Shown here piece by piece: positions 63,655 to 64,000 of a stretch of 64,000 nucleotides of DNA. This DNA comes from Eledone cirrhosa. Lineage: Eukaryota. The stretch covers positions 20,956,001 through 21,020,000 of the forward strand of contig OZ024756.1 in assembly GCA_964016885.1 (NCBI GenBank). Reading direction: 5' to 3'. The notes under the pieces are model-generated. The model saw only the letters and a list, made by a program, of their open reading frames with translations. It did not search any database and was not told the origin of the DNA. Both the position numbers and the translations under genes were made by a program. Numbering within the stretch: the first letter of the stretch is position 1; every line of letters starts with the position of its first letter.

Positions 63655-64000
63655 TGGCGTTTTATTTTATCGACCCCGTAAGGATGAAAGGCTGAGGTTA
63701 ACTTTGCCTTTCATCCTTACGGGGTCGATAAAATGAAGCACCAGTAATGCACTGGGGTCGATTTATTCGACTTTTCCTTCCCCCTTAAAAAAAAATTGCT
63801 GGCCTTGTGCCTAAATTAGAAACAATTATTATTTAATGAAGACAGTGAATTGGCAGTATCGGTAGAGAGTTGGACGCCATGCGTATTTAGTTACGTCCCT
63901 TTACGGTCTGAGTTCAAATCCACCGAGGTTAACTTTGTCTTTCATCCTTACGGGGGTCGATAAAATAAAGTACCAGTAATGTACTGGGGTAATTGCTGGC
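63655..64000 (+). mobile_element. Two tandem tRNA-derived SINE copies, the first with a 5' inversion
   Basis: Core and A/B boxes as in the other copies; inverted arm at 63664-63692. Confidence 0.85.

Overview
This is AT-rich, microsatellite-saturated animal DNA. The repeat content suggests a cephalopod (Octopus-like), which is an inference. Almost all long ORFs in the supplied track are artefacts of simple repeats. The one real protein-coding segment I can support is the terminal exon of an APCDD1-family gene (minus strand, 24710-25636); a 93-bp exon candidate lies at 53628-53720. The rest is a ~10 kb (TA)n-based array, minisatellites, tRNA-derived SINEs, TA- and TTAA-type MITEs, and decayed CRE, RTE, CR1/L2-like and Penelope-like (RT plus GIY-YIG) retroelements. 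The most striking signal is about 25 short elements in about 12 sequence families, mostly sitting in or beside (TA)n tracts. Each carries a complete or partial type-I hammerhead ribozyme motif (stem I-CTGANGA-stem II-GAAA-short stem III with palindromic loop-NUH-stem I'). Many are fold-back hairpins whose symmetry centre lies at or next to the ribozyme. A fossil Penelope-like ORF at about 35.6-37.3 kb represents the likely mobilising class. All coordinates and pairings were read by eye.
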